Assembly (NCBI GenBank): GCA_016218585.1
Contig: JACRDK010000025.1
Span: 27,637 to 91,636, forward strand
DNA: 64,000 bases
From: Candidatus Doudnabacteria bacterium
GTDB taxonomy: Bacteria; Patescibacteriota; Doudnabacteria; UBA920
Reading direction: 5' to 3'
Each line of letters starts with the position of its first letter. The stretch's first letter is position 1. Of this stretch, positions 36,865 through 46,388 are shown one piece after another. Position numbers and translations under genes: made by a program. A model generated the notes under the pieces. It was not told the origin of the DNA. It did no database searches and worked only from the letters and a program-made list of their open reading frames with translations.

Positions 36865-37464
36865 ATGTGGCATCAGAGTGTTGGAGACAAAATCGCTGTG
36901 AACCTGGCAAGCTTAAAACTTCCCATCAGCGATAGCGCAGCGTTGGATATTTTAGAAAGCATGGGTTTTTTGCGGTGTGATATGAGTGTGACCGCTATTG
37001 CGCGTGGTCTTGTTGGAAAATCTCAGTATCGGAGAGGCGCAAACCCCTACTTGGCTCCTGAAATTGTGGATTGCAGCAGCATGACAAAGTGGATTTTTGG
37101 TGAGATCGGCATTTGGATGCCCAGACATTCAATTGATCAAAGAGATATGGGCAGACGAGTTACCAAACCAAGGGAGGGTGATTTAGTTTTCACCTCCGGA
37201 TGGAGAAACTACTACTGGGACGATCAAAATGATGGCGTTGGACATGTAGGAATAGTAACCAAAGACTCGACGGTCATTCATGCCGCAAACTCAAAAGTCG
37301 GAGTGGTTGAAACAAAACTTAAAATGTTTTGTCATGATCCTAAAAATCTAAGAGGGATTACGAGAATCTTGGCGACCACAGACAGATTTCTCACGCTGCG
37401 GATGACGAAGCGCATCGCCGAAACATCACAAGAATTGCGATGGATTATCTTGCAACACATCTAA
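36865..37464 (+). CDS. NlpC/P60 family peptidase
   Basis: Y.RGA, DCSS, GDLVF, GHVGI and IHA catalytic motifs; SD AGGAGG. Confidence 0.88.
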   Translation: MWHQSVGDKIAVNLASLKLPISDSAALDILESMGFLRCDMSVTAIARGLVGKSQYRRGANPYLAPEIVDCSSMTKWIFGEIGIWMPRHSIDQRDMGRRVTKPREGDLVFTSGWRNYYWDDQNDGVGHVGIVTKDSTVIHAANSKVGVVETKLKMFCHDPKNLRGITRILATTDRFLTLRMTKRIAETSQELRWIILQHI

Positions 37465-37505
37465 AAAAGCGCCCCGTCACATGACGGGGCGCTAAATTAT
37501 TATTC

Positions 37506-37582
37506 TGGTGGGCGTGCCAGGATTCGAACCTGGGACCCTCAAGGTATAAGCTTGATGCTCTAACCAGCTGAGCTACACGCCC
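37506..37582 (-). tRNA. tRNA-Ile(TAT)
   Basis: GGGCGTGTAGCTCAGCTGGTTAGAGCA-TCAAG-CTTATAC-CTTGA-GGGTC-CCAGGTTCGAATCCTGG-CACGCCC-ACCA. Confidence 0.92.
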
Positions 37583-37690
37583 TAGTATTTACTTAACCTA
37601 CACATTATATAAAATCCTGCGGTAATTATCAATACTTGAAAAAAGAAAATTACCCCTAGACAAGAGAGAAAATTTCTGCTATAATACCTA

Positions 37691-37915
37691 TAGAAAAGTG
37701 AGTTCTTCATTAGAAGAAACAAAAATAAAAAACAATTCGACAAAAAACCAATCCCTCTAAACGTGGGATACTTATCGCCCTAATTTTCTGGGTGATCGGC
37801 TATAAGGTTATTCTTATGGCTCTAAGCTTCTTCTAACTTTTCTTAAAAACCCCTCTACCATGGTCAAATAATCCCAGACAGGATTAGACCAGAATAGGTC
37901 AGGGGTTTTTATTTT
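37691..37915 (+). ncRNA. Candidate structured ncRNA
   Basis: Promoter TAGACA(37657)-N17-TATAAT(37680) with TG extension; 5'/3' closing stem, three internal hairpins, terminal hairpin plus T run; no long ORF. Confidence 0.5.
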
Positions 37916-38008
37916 GTCCAAATTGGGCTAAAATATTAAAGTCAGCTAATTAATAACAAGGTTTACTGTAACCAAAATCTGTTGGTATCGGTAAATCTGT
38001 ATATTTAT

Positions 38009-38290
38009 ATGAAAGACCAAGAAGAAATACAAAATTTGTTCGAAGACAAGTATGAGGAAGCCTTGGGGTTAAGCTATAATGACTGGCTAGAAAAAGGCCC
38101 TCAAACCCAAGAGGAGGCCTATGCCAGATGCATAGCCATAGATAAAGAGCTGGAAGCCAGTTATGAGCAATGGTATGAGGCCAACGGCGAAACAAAAGAA
38201 CATTTAGGAGAACACCGCGACAAACTCAAAGCGGAATACGACCTTATAGAAGACGTCTTCGGACTCGAAGCGCAGGACAAAAACTTTTAA
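38009..38290 (+). CDS. Small acidic hypothetical protein
   Basis: Helical, E/D-rich ORF; likely start ATG 38009. Confidence 0.7.
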   Translation: MKDQEEIQNLFEDKYEEALGLSYNDWLEKGPQTQEEAYARCIAIDKELEASYEQWYEANGETKEHLGEHRDKLKAEYDLIEDVFGLEAQDKNF

Positions 38291-38392
38291 CCAAATGACA
38301 AGATTGACATAATTGAAAAGAATGACAAAAATTATGTCATCTTGAACATTCATGTCAATCATTTAAATCTTTTAATTCTTATTAATCAAAAA

Positions 38393-39151
38393 ATGCTTTA
38401 CGTTGTTGCTACGCCAATCGGAAATTTGGGGGACATAACATTGCGCGCCATAGAAATGCTGCGTAAGTGTGATTTTATCATTGCGGAAAATCCCGGCTAT
38501 TCAAAAAGATTACTGCAATATATAGACGGCCTGCCTATTGGTGTCATTCCGGCCTCCGAGCAGGAATCCAGCAATGAAACAAGTTCTGGATCCCGGATCT
38601 CGTCTGACTCGTCCGGGATGACAGCAAAAAAAGAGATTGTTCAATTCGCCGAACACAACGAACAACAAATTTTAAAAGAGTTAACCAGGCGATTAATTAA
38701 AGAAGATGCCTGCTTAATTACCGACGCCGGAACTCCGGGAATTTCCGATCCGGGTTTTCGACTGGTGCGCGAGTGCGTAAAAAACAGCGTCGCTGTTGTG
38801 CCAATCCCCGGAGCTAGTGCGGCCATTGCCGCGCTGTCTGCGTCGGGACTACCAACCGACAAATTTATGTTTTTAGGTTTCTTGCAAAAAACCGCTACCA
38901 AAACCGTAGAAGCCCTGTCTGCCGCGGCCACAGCCGAAGCAACGGCAATTTTCTATGAATCCCCGGAACGCATTTTAAAAACCTTAAGCTACATCGCCAA
39001 TGCTTTTCCCGCCAGCCAGGTTGTGGCGGCCAGAGAGCTTACCAAAATGCATGAAGAATTTATTCACGGCGACCCGTTGTCTGTAATACATCAACTAAAA
39101 CAAAAACCCGCCATAAAAGGCGAGTTTACGATATTAATTTCTTTTAAATAA
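38393..39151 (+). CDS. rsmI: 16S rRNA (cytidine1402-2'-O)-methyltransferase with a ~27-aa insertion
   Basis: LYVVATPIGNLGDITLRA, DAGTPGISDPG, YESP.R, RELTK.HEE, KGEF. Confidence 0.95.
   Translation: MLYVVATPIGNLGDITLRAIEMLRKCDFIIAENPGYSKRLLQYIDGLPIGVIPASEQESSNETSSGSRISSDSSGMTAKKEIVQFAEHNEQQILKELTRRLIKEDACLITDAGTPGISDPGFRLVRECVKNSVAVVPIPGASAAIAALSASGLPTDKFMFLGFLQKTATKTVEALSAAATAEATAIFYESPERILKTLSYIANAFPASQVVAARELTKMHEEFIHGDPLSVIHQLKQKPAIKGEFTILISFK
38542..38623. mobile_element. 82-bp palindromic element in-frame in rsmI (family C)
   Basis: Terminal inverted repeats TGTCATTCCGG / CCGGGATGACA; internal GGAATCCAG / CTGGATCCC. Confidence 0.8.
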
Positions 39152-39153
39152 GA

Positions 39154-39465
39154 TTATTCCGCCGGAGGTAATTCTGATCTAATGGGTTTAGTATTTATAA
39201 TATGTGATTTAACCCAATCCATGATTATTTTTTGCGACTCGGGATCATTTTCACGATCTCCTGAAAGCACCCCCAAGGCATCCTGAATTTTTTGATCATC
39301 TTCATCTAATAAATCTATAGCGATTTTCTGCAAAACCCTAAGCGGATATTTGGTTTTAATTTCAGGGATAGTCATTAAGATCGACGTTATTTTACCCCTC
39401 TGTTCAAGCTCAAAAGCAGTCTCTGGATCGGCACCCCAACCCTTTAGTCTGTCATACATATCCAT
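39154..39465 (-). CDS. Hypothetical protein
   Basis: 103-aa ORF filling the gap between rsmI and the hydrolase gene. Confidence 0.6.
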   Translation of the reverse strand: MDMYDRLKGWGADPETAFELEQRGKITSILMTIPEIKTKYPLRVLQKIAIDLLDEDDQKIQDALGVLSGDRENDPESQKIIMDWVKSHIINTKPIRSELPPAE

Positions 39466-39514
39466 AAAATTGATATTAATTTATAATAATATTAGTGTAT
39501 CATATTTAATTAGC

Positions 39515-40432
39515 ATGATCTATAAAAACGCAAAATTTGTAAATTTTAAAGCTACTGACAATCTGCCTTTGCCGGGTTTGTTGTTTAAAAAAAATAACAA
39601 CAAAAAGATTCTTATTAATCTTCACGGCAATGGGGGAGCATCCGTCTTTTACCGCCCGGATAAATATCAAGAAATGGCCAACGACGCCCACAAAGCCGGC
39701 TGGGATTTTTTTGCCTTTAATAATCGGGGGTCGGGGATAACCAATAAAATAAAAATAGTAAAAAATGGCAAGCTTCGCCGCTTTCAATGCGGCACTTCTC
39801 ACGAGCTGATTGGCGATTGCATAAAAGATATTGACGGGGCAATAAATTTTTTGAAAACTTTAGGCTACAAAACTTTCGCGCTTTCCGGTTTTTCCACCGG
39901 CGCAAACAAAATTTGCGTATACCATTATAAAAAGCCGCGCAATCAAATTACCAAAAATTTAATTATTTGCGGGGCGGATGATGCCGGGATATATTACAAC
40001 GAGTTTGGCAAAAAAAAGTTTTTTAATATCTTAAAATTGTGCAAGCAAAACATTAAAGCCGGCAAAGGCAAAGAGTTTATGGATCCCAAAACTATAGGCG
40101 GCCGTTGCTATTCTTACCAGGGAATGTACGACATTTTAAACCCTGAGGGACTGTATAATACTTTTCCTTTTTGGTCGGAATCGCAAAAAATAAATTTTTC
40201 CAAAAAACCTGCTTTTCGGGAAATTAAGGCGGTCAAAACGGACTCATTAATAATTTACGGCGGCAAAGATGAATACTCATTTGGACAAGTTGAAAAAAAT
40301 GTTTCAATCTTAAAAAATGCTTTAGCGGGGAAGAGTAACTTTGGCTTTGAAATAATAAAAAATGCCGACCACGGCTTTACCGGAAAAGAACGCGAGCTGG
40401 GCAAGCTAATAACCAATTTCCTAAAATCCTAA
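39515..40432 (+). CDS. Alpha/beta hydrolase (DUF1749-like)
   Basis: LHG.GG, NNRG, nucleophile GFSTG, G.KDE, ADHGF; likely start ATG 39515. Confidence 0.85.
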   Translation: MIYKNAKFVNFKATDNLPLPGLLFKKNNNKKILINLHGNGGASVFYRPDKYQEMANDAHKAGWDFFAFNNRGSGITNKIKIVKNGKLRRFQCGTSHELIGDCIKDIDGAINFLKTLGYKTFALSGFSTGANKICVYHYKKPRNQITKNLIICGADDAGIYYNEFGKKKFFNILKLCKQNIKAGKGKEFMDPKTIGGRCYSYQGMYDILNPEGLYNTFPFWSESQKINFSKKPAFREIKAVKTDSLIIYGGKDEYSFGQVEKNVSILKNALAGKSNFGFEIIKNADHGFTGKERELGKLITNFLKS

Positions 40433-40574
40433 GCCTCTACAAACAAGCTATGTACATCTACAACGTTTAATCTGCTTGGCAGGCGAGTATTCACGCCCGA
40501 TGAATCAGGCAACTACGCAGCTCTGATACTGCTACCAAGCTATAAGCTAATTACTAACACCAACAAGCTAATAT

Positions 40575-41294
40575 ATGTCCGGACATTCTAAATGGTCACA
40601 AATTAAAAGAACAAAAGGCGCGCTAGACCAGAAGCGCGGACTTTTGTTTTCTAAGCTTGGGAAGAAAATTTCAATTGCGGTAAAGGAAGGGGGCAGCAGC
40701 GGCGACCCGGCAGTTAACTACAAACTTAAGGCAACAATAGATTACGCTAAAGAACAGGGCATGCCCAACGACAATGTGGAAAGGGCTATTAAAGCGGCTC
40801 TTGGCAGCAATGCCGGAAGCATAAAAGAAGTAATTTACGAAGGCTACGGTCCGTTTGGCACGGCTTTTTTGGTAGAAGCCGCTACAGACAATACTAACAG
40901 AACCTTTAACAATGTCCGCAAAATCTTTTCTGAGCATGGCGGCACCATTGGAGCGCAAGGCTCGGTTGCCTGGCAGTTCTCGACTAAAGGCCAAATTCTC
41001 GTGGAAAGAGACAATAACCTAAATAATTTGGAACTCGCGGCAATAGATGCCGGAGCTGATGACGTGCGCGAATCGGAAGAGGGTTTAGAAGTTTACACTC
41101 AAGTAAATGACCTGCAAAAAATTAAACAAGTTCTTCATAAGGCCGGAGCAAAAATTGCCCGTGCGGAAATTATTCAAGAATCTTCTCAGGGAACTGACTT
41201 AACGGATGAACAAAAACCAAAAGTTGACGCGCTGTTTGCCGACCTGGAGAACGACGAAGATGTAATTGCGGTTCACACAAGCGCCAACCTCTAA
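40575..41294 (+). CDS. yebC: YebC/PmpR family protein
   Basis: MSGHSKW..IKR.K, YEGYGP.G, TDN.NRT. Confidence 0.95.
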   Translation: MSGHSKWSQIKRTKGALDQKRGLLFSKLGKKISIAVKEGGSSGDPAVNYKLKATIDYAKEQGMPNDNVERAIKAALGSNAGSIKEVIYEGYGPFGTAFLVEAATDNTNRTFNNVRKIFSEHGGTIGAQGSVAWQFSTKGQILVERDNNLNNLELAAIDAGADDVRESEEGLEVYTQVNDLQKIKQVLHKAGAKIARAEIIQESSQGTDLTDEQKPKVDALFADLENDEDVIAVHTSANL

Positions 41295-41374
41295 TTTTAA
41301 AGAATTAACAATCGAGAATTATGAATTAAGGGCTTGGCCCCGAACCATAATTCTTAATTCATGCTTCATAATTC

Positions 41375-41869
41375 ATGATTATATTAGGAATTGACCCCGG
41401 CACAGCCACCACCGGATTTGGAATAATCAAACAGGACAAAACAAAAAATGGTTTTGGCATTTTAGATTTTGGCGTAATTGCTACGGAAAAAACCTTAAGC
41501 GATGCCGAGCGTTTAAATATTTTAGGAAATGACTTGGAAGAAATTTTAAAAAAATTTAAGCCTGATGCAGTAGGGATTGAAAAGTTATTTTTTACTACCA
41601 ACCAAAAAACCGTTATGACCGTAAGCCAGGCTAGGGGAGTAGTGTTGTATTTAACCCAAAAGTATAAATTGCCGATTTTTGAATTTACTCCGCTCCAGGT
41701 AAAAAGTTTTATTTGCGGTTATGGCAAAGCGGACAAGAAACAGGTGCAGTACGTTGTGCAAAAAACTTTTCAATTAAAAAAAATTCCCAAGCCGGACGAT
41801 GCCGCCGACGCTTTAGCAATTGCTTTATGCGCTGCGCATTATTTTCCCAAAGCGGCCAAGCTTCGCTAA
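41375..41869 (+). CDS. ruvC: Holliday junction resolvase
   Basis: ILGIDPG, E.LFF..N, QARG, GYGKADKKQV, DDAADALA.A. Confidence 0.97.
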   Translation: MIILGIDPGTATTGFGIIKQDKTKNGFGILDFGVIATEKTLSDAERLNILGNDLEEILKKFKPDAVGIEKLFFTTNQKTVMTVSQARGVVLYLTQKYKLPIFEFTPLQVKSFICGYGKADKKQVQYVVQKTFQLKKIPKPDDAADALAIALCAAHYFPKAAKLR

Positions 41870-41992
41870 AAGTTATACACAACACGGTAAAAAAATAGAT
41901 AGACACAAAAAAAACCCGCTGGTATAATTGCCGTAAGCTCTTTATTTGAGCCCAAAAAAATTATGCCAATTTTGGCAAAAAGGAGAAGGCTT

Positions 41993-42100
41993 ATGTTATT
42001 TGACGACACTAATATGGATGACACCGCCACCGACGGCGGAACATCTACCACGGAAGAAACAACCGAAGAGACTCCTGATACTTCTGAAGAAACAATGTAA
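41993..42100 (+). CDS. 35-aa acidic Thr-rich microprotein (not in the ORF track)
   Basis: Promoter TAGACA(41900)-N17-TATAAT(41923), SD AAAGGAG, MLFDDTNMDDTATDGGTSTTEETTEETPDTSEETM, then a terminator. Confidence 0.7.
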   Translation: MLFDDTNMDDTATDGGTSTTEETTEETPDTSEETM

Positions 42101-42143
42101 AAAAATCCCCCAATCCGGCATTGCCGAGATGGGGGATTTTTAA
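42099..42143. terminator. Bidirectional terminator
   Basis: AAAAATCCCCCA-ATCCGGCATTGCCGAGA-TGGGGGATTTTT. Confidence 0.8.
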
Positions 42144-42151
42144 AATTTAAT

Positions 42152-43354
42152 TTATTCCGCTTTTATTTTTACAAACCTTCTTTTTCCGACTTGAAAGAGT
42201 ATTTCTTTTTTTCCAATTTCCAAATTTCCATCCGCTTTTACAACCTCGCTATCAATTTTCACCCCGCCTTGAGCAATTAACCTTCTAGCTTCGGACTTGC
42301 TTATACCCATTGTTGCGGCAATCACCCCGGAAATTAATTGCGAACCGGCAGGCAAAGTTTTTACTTCAATATCTTCCGGCAGCTCGCCTTTGGAAAACTG
42401 GCTTACAAAAGCCGCCTGGGCAGCTAAAGCTTTTTTCTCGCCATAAAACTTTTTAACTATTTCCAAAGCCACCTTAGCTTTTGCGTCGCGGGGACCTAAA
42501 TCCAAAATGGCCTTCTTTTCAGACAGCGGGATGCGGGTAACATTCACAAATAAAACTTCTATCATTTCATCCGGCTGCGCCATTACTGCCCCATACATTT
42601 CATTTGCCGGCGAGGATAAAAATACTCCGGTGCCCTGGCTCTTGGACATTAGCGCTCCTGTTTTCGGGTTGGCCATCAAGTTCACAGTAACCACATACTT
42701 GTCTTTGTTGTTCAGCCTCTTTTGCAACAACCTGCCTGCCAATGCGTTAAATGTTTGGTCGGTGCCGCAAAGCTCAACGTCAACATTCATAGCCACGCTA
42801 TCATAGCCTTGCATTAGCGGGTACAAAAATTCATGCAAATAAATCGGCACATTTTCATTCCAACGTTTCTCAAACATATCCCGCTCTATCATTTGCTGAA
42901 CCGTAAAATTAGATGCCAGCTTTATAACATCGCTAAGTGTTAATTTGGACAGCCATTTGCTGTTATAGGCTATTTTTGGGGGATTGACCTTGTCGGCAAA
43001 GTTCATTAGCGGCTTAATTTGTTTTAGCCAGTTTTTCACATTCTTTTTTATTTCAACAGCGGACAACTGAGGCCTGGCGGCATTTTTTCCCGTCGGATCG
43101 CCGATTTGCGCGGTAAAGTCGCCAAACAAAACAACTACTTCGTGGCCTAACTGCCTTAGCTCTTCCAAAAACATATAATTTTTTGCGTGGCTCAGGTGCA
43201 AAGAATTGGAAGTTGCGTCGGCCCCGATATATATTTTTAATCGCTCGCCCGACTGTAATTTTTTAATAAATTCTTCTTTAGAAGGAAGAACGTCTACCAC
43301 CACTCCTCGGTTAAAGATCTCTTCAATTCTGTTTTTATCTGTAATGGTTTTCAT
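42152..43354 (-). CDS. tyrS: Tyrosine--tRNA ligase
   Basis: Y.G.D.T...LHLSH, GDFTA.IGDPTG, YPLMQGYDS, MSKS, C-terminal S4 domain. Confidence 0.97.
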   Translation of the reverse strand: MKTITDKNRIEEIFNRGVVVDVLPSKEEFIKKLQSGERLKIYIGADATSNSLHLSHAKNYMFLEELRQLGHEVVVLFGDFTAQIGDPTGKNAARPQLSAVEIKKNVKNWLKQIKPLMNFADKVNPPKIAYNSKWLSKLTLSDVIKLASNFTVQQMIERDMFEKRWNENVPIYLHEFLYPLMQGYDSVAMNVDVELCGTDQTFNALAGRLLQKRLNNKDKYVVTVNLMANPKTGALMSKSQGTGVFLSSPANEMYGAVMAQPDEMIEVLFVNVTRIPLSEKKAILDLGPRDAKAKVALEIVKKFYGEKKALAAQAAFVSQFSKGELPEDIEVKTLPAGSQLISGVIAATMGISKSEARRLIAQGGVKIDSEVVKADGNLEIGKKEILFQVGKRRFVKIKAE

Positions 43355-43529
43355 GTCAATTTCTTAGATTAATATACGGGTAAATATGATAAATATTAGC
43401 AAATTCACCAATGATATTATAGCATCTTTTACTTGAGCCTTAAAACAGCTATAATTACCCCATATCTAGCGTGGCCGATATGTTTGAATTAAAATGCCGC
43501 CTAGCAATATTTATAACGCATAATAAAAG

Positions 43530-46385
43530 ATGAAAATATATAGCTATAAGCCTCCTAAGGTTAACTCTGCAGGCAAAAGCCCGAGGAAGAAGATTTTTAG
43601 AAAATTCTCATTTAAATTCAAATTTAAGGCGAAAGGATTTTTTACCTGGGTCTTTCGTCTTTTTGCTTTGGGCATCTTAGCGGCAGCTTTGTTGTTTTTG
43701 TACTATTCCAAAGACTTGCCAGATCCAAACAAACTCCTTGAACGCAACGTCCCGGAATCCACTAAAATTTTTGCTCGCGACGGCAGCCTGCTCTATGAAA
43801 TCCACGGCGAATACAAACGCACGCTGGTTGAACTGGACCAAATTTCCCCGGACTTGAAAAACGCAACCGTAGCGGTGGAGGACAAAGATTTTTACAAGCA
43901 TGGGGGTATTTCCTTTACCGGCATAGCCCGCGCTATTGTTGTTGATATTTTGTCGGGCAAGAAAAGCCAAGGAGGCAGCACTATAACTCAGCAGTTTGTT
44001 AAAAAATCAATTCTTACGGACGACAAGTCCTGGGACAGAAAAATTCGAGAATTGATTTTGGCTGTGGCAATTGACTCGCGTTTTTCCAAAGAACAAATTT
44101 TAAAATTGTATTTAAACGAAATTCCATACGGCCGCAACGCCTATGGCATTGAGGCCGCCAGCCAGTCTTACTTTAATAAATCGGCAAAAGATCTGACCTT
44201 AGCGCAAAGCGCTTATTTAGCGGCAATGCCCCAAGCGCCAACCTTTTACAACCCGCTCGGGCCCAACCGCGCCAGCCTGGACAACAGAAAGAACACAATT
44301 TTAAGTTTAATGCAGCAGCAGGGATACATAAACGCCGAACAGGAAAAACAGGCCGAAGACGAAAAAGTGGAATTTAGCAAAATTACCACAGGCATTAAGG
44401 CTCCGCACTTTGTTTTGTGGGTGCAGGATTATCTGGCCAATAAATTCGGTGAAAAATCTTTAGAAGAAGGGGGTTTGAAAGTTTATACCACGCTCGACCT
44501 GCGTCTGCAGGGGATTGCGGAAACGGCCGTAAAAAATGGGGTAGAAAAAAGCAGTAAAAAATATAACGCCGACAATGCCGCGTTAGTTGCCATAGATCCG
44601 AAGACCGGACAAATTTTGGCAATGGTTGGAAGCAAAGATTATTTCGGCGACCCTGAGCCGGCCGGCTGCACTCCTGGAAAAAATTGCCAGTTTGAACCTA
44701 ACGTCAACGTCGCTCTTTCCCAGCGACAGCCCGGTTCCAGCTTTAAGCCTTATGTTTACGTAACTGCATTTAAAAAAGATTTCAAATACTCTCCGGCCAC
44801 AATGCTAATGGATGTGGTTACTAACTTTGGAACTTTTAACGGCAAGAGTTATATTCCCGGCAACTATAACGGCCAGAGCTATGGGCCAATTTCTATGCGC
44901 AAAGCAATGGCCGGAAGCCTTAACGTGCCGGCGGTAAAAACTTTGGCTTTAGTTGGGGTAGATAACGCCGTACAAACCGCCCGGGATTTGGGAATAACAT
45001 CTCCGCTGTCTAACTGCGGACTGTCTTTGGTTTTGGGCGGATGTGAAGTTAGGCTGCTCGACCACACTGCGGCCATGGCCACCATTGCCAACGAGGGAGT
45101 AAAAAATGAAAAAACTCCAATCTTAAAAATTGTCGACAAAGATGGCAACACTATTGAAGAATTTAAAAGCAACCCGCAAACTGTGTTAGACCCGCAAGCG
45201 GCTTATGAAGTAATTAGCATAATGACGGACAACGACGCCAGAAGTTATGTGTTCGGGCCAAACTCTCCTCTAATTTTGCCGGACCGAGTAGTGGCGGCAA
45301 AAACCGGAACAACCCAAAACTGGCACGACGGCTGGACAATGGGCTTTACCCCCAGCCTCGCAGCTGGAGTTTGGGCCGGCAACAATGACGGCACGCTTCT
45401 AAAAAAAGGAGCTGACGGGGTTTTGGTCGCCGCGCCAATTTGGCACGAATTTATGGCGGAAGCCTTAAAAGGAACTCCGGCGGAAAACTTTACCGTGCCA
45501 AATGGAATACAAAAAGTTGTGGTTGATGAAGTTTCAGGAAAATTGCCGACAGAAGCTACGCCTAATACAAAAACTGAAGTTTTTGCCGACTACTCAGTGC
45601 CTACCGACTATGACAATGTCCACATAAAAGTAGCGGTTGATTCTCAAACCGGATTGCCAGCCGATTCAAATACCCCGCCTGAAAGAATTTCCTACAAAGT
45701 TTATTCAGTTCTTCACAGCGAAATGAGAGACAATCCAAACTGGGAAAATCCGGTTGTAGAATGGGCTTTGGCGCACGGCTATAGCTACCCGCCCAATGAC
45801 GCGCAAATAATTCAGCCCGGCGGCAGCGGGCAAGCGTTGAGCGTAAATATTTCCGAACCAAGCGACGGCGCGGTAATTTCCAAACTGCCATTTCAAGTAA
45901 TTGTAAATCCAATTTCCTCGCAAAATATCAACAGGGTAGAATTGTCTATTAACGGGGAGCTGTTTCAAAATCTAACTCAGCAGCCTTTCCTGTTTAACAT
46001 AACCAAAAGCTTAAGTGACGGCTCATATACTATTGCCGCCAAAGCTTTTGACAGTGCGGGAGCCTCGGCAGACACCAGCATTAACATAACTGTTGCCGCC
46101 AACACGCCCTTAACTTTAACAGAACCGCAGGATCAAAATCTTTTATCCTTTCCGGTAAATCTTTCCGCGGAAAGCCCAAACCGCTATGACACGGTAAACT
46201 TCTACTACCAAAACGACAAAGGCCAAGCCAAATTAATTGGCACAGCCACCAACACCGACCACACAGGGGACACCTATCGTTATACTTTTAAATGGATTAC
46301 TCCGCCGCCGGCCGGCAGCTATAAAGTTTATGCTCAAGCCGGGAGCAATGTCATAACCAAAAAAGTTAGAGTAAGCGTACCGTAA
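43530..46385 (+). CDS. Class A penicillin-binding protein (PBP1A family) with C-terminal Ig-like domains
   Basis: ED..FY.H.G, GGSTITQQ, RK..E, SSFK, SLN and KTG motifs. Confidence 0.95.
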   Translation: MKIYSYKPPKVNSAGKSPRKKIFRKFSFKFKFKAKGFFTWVFRLFALGILAAALLFLYYSKDLPDPNKLLERNVPESTKIFARDGSLLYEIHGEYKRTLVELDQISPDLKNATVAVEDKDFYKHGGISFTGIARAIVVDILSGKKSQGGSTITQQFVKKSILTDDKSWDRKIRELILAVAIDSRFSKEQILKLYLNEIPYGRNAYGIEAASQSYFNKSAKDLTLAQSAYLAAMPQAPTFYNPLGPNRASLDNRKNTILSLMQQQGYINAEQEKQAEDEKVEFSKITTGIKAPHFVLWVQDYLANKFGEKSLEEGGLKVYTTLDLRLQGIAETAVKNGVEKSSKKYNADNAALVAIDPKTGQILAMVGSKDYFGDPEPAGCTPGKNCQFEPNVNVALSQRQPGSSFKPYVYVTAFKKDFKYSPATMLMDVVTNFGTFNGKSYIPGNYNGQSYGPISMRKAMAGSLNVPAVKTLALVGVDNAVQTARDLGITSPLSNCGLSLVLGGCEVRLLDHTAAMATIANEGVKNEKTPILKIVDKDGNTIEEFKSNPQTVLDPQAAYEVISIMTDNDARSYVFGPNSPLILPDRVVAAKTGTTQNWHDGWTMGFTPSLAAGVWAGNNDGTLLKKGADGVLVAAPIWHEFMAEALKGTPAENFTVPNGIQKVVVDEVSGKLPTEATPNTKTEVFADYSVPTDYDNVHIKVAVDSQTGLPADSNTPPERISYKVYSVLHSEMRDNPNWENPVVEWALAHGYSYPPNDAQIIQPGGSGQALSVNISEPSDGAVISKLPFQVIVNPISSQNINRVELSINGELFQNLTQQPFLFNITKSLSDGSYTIAAKAFDSAGASADTSINITVAANTPLTLTEPQDQNLLSFPVNLSAESPNRYDTVNFYYQNDKGQAKLIGTATNTDHTGDTYRYTFKWITPPPAGSYKVYAQAGSNVITKKVRVSVP

Positions 46386-46388
46386 ACT

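Noticed and set aside
41946-42143. 65-aa ORF in the track
   Set aside because: It runs through the terminator; the alternative frame 41993-42100 has the SD and fits between promoter and terminator.
43355-43529. T-box leader for tyrS
   Set aside because: No T-box consensus or terminator/antiterminator was seen, and the region is short and shared with the divergent PBP1A promoter.
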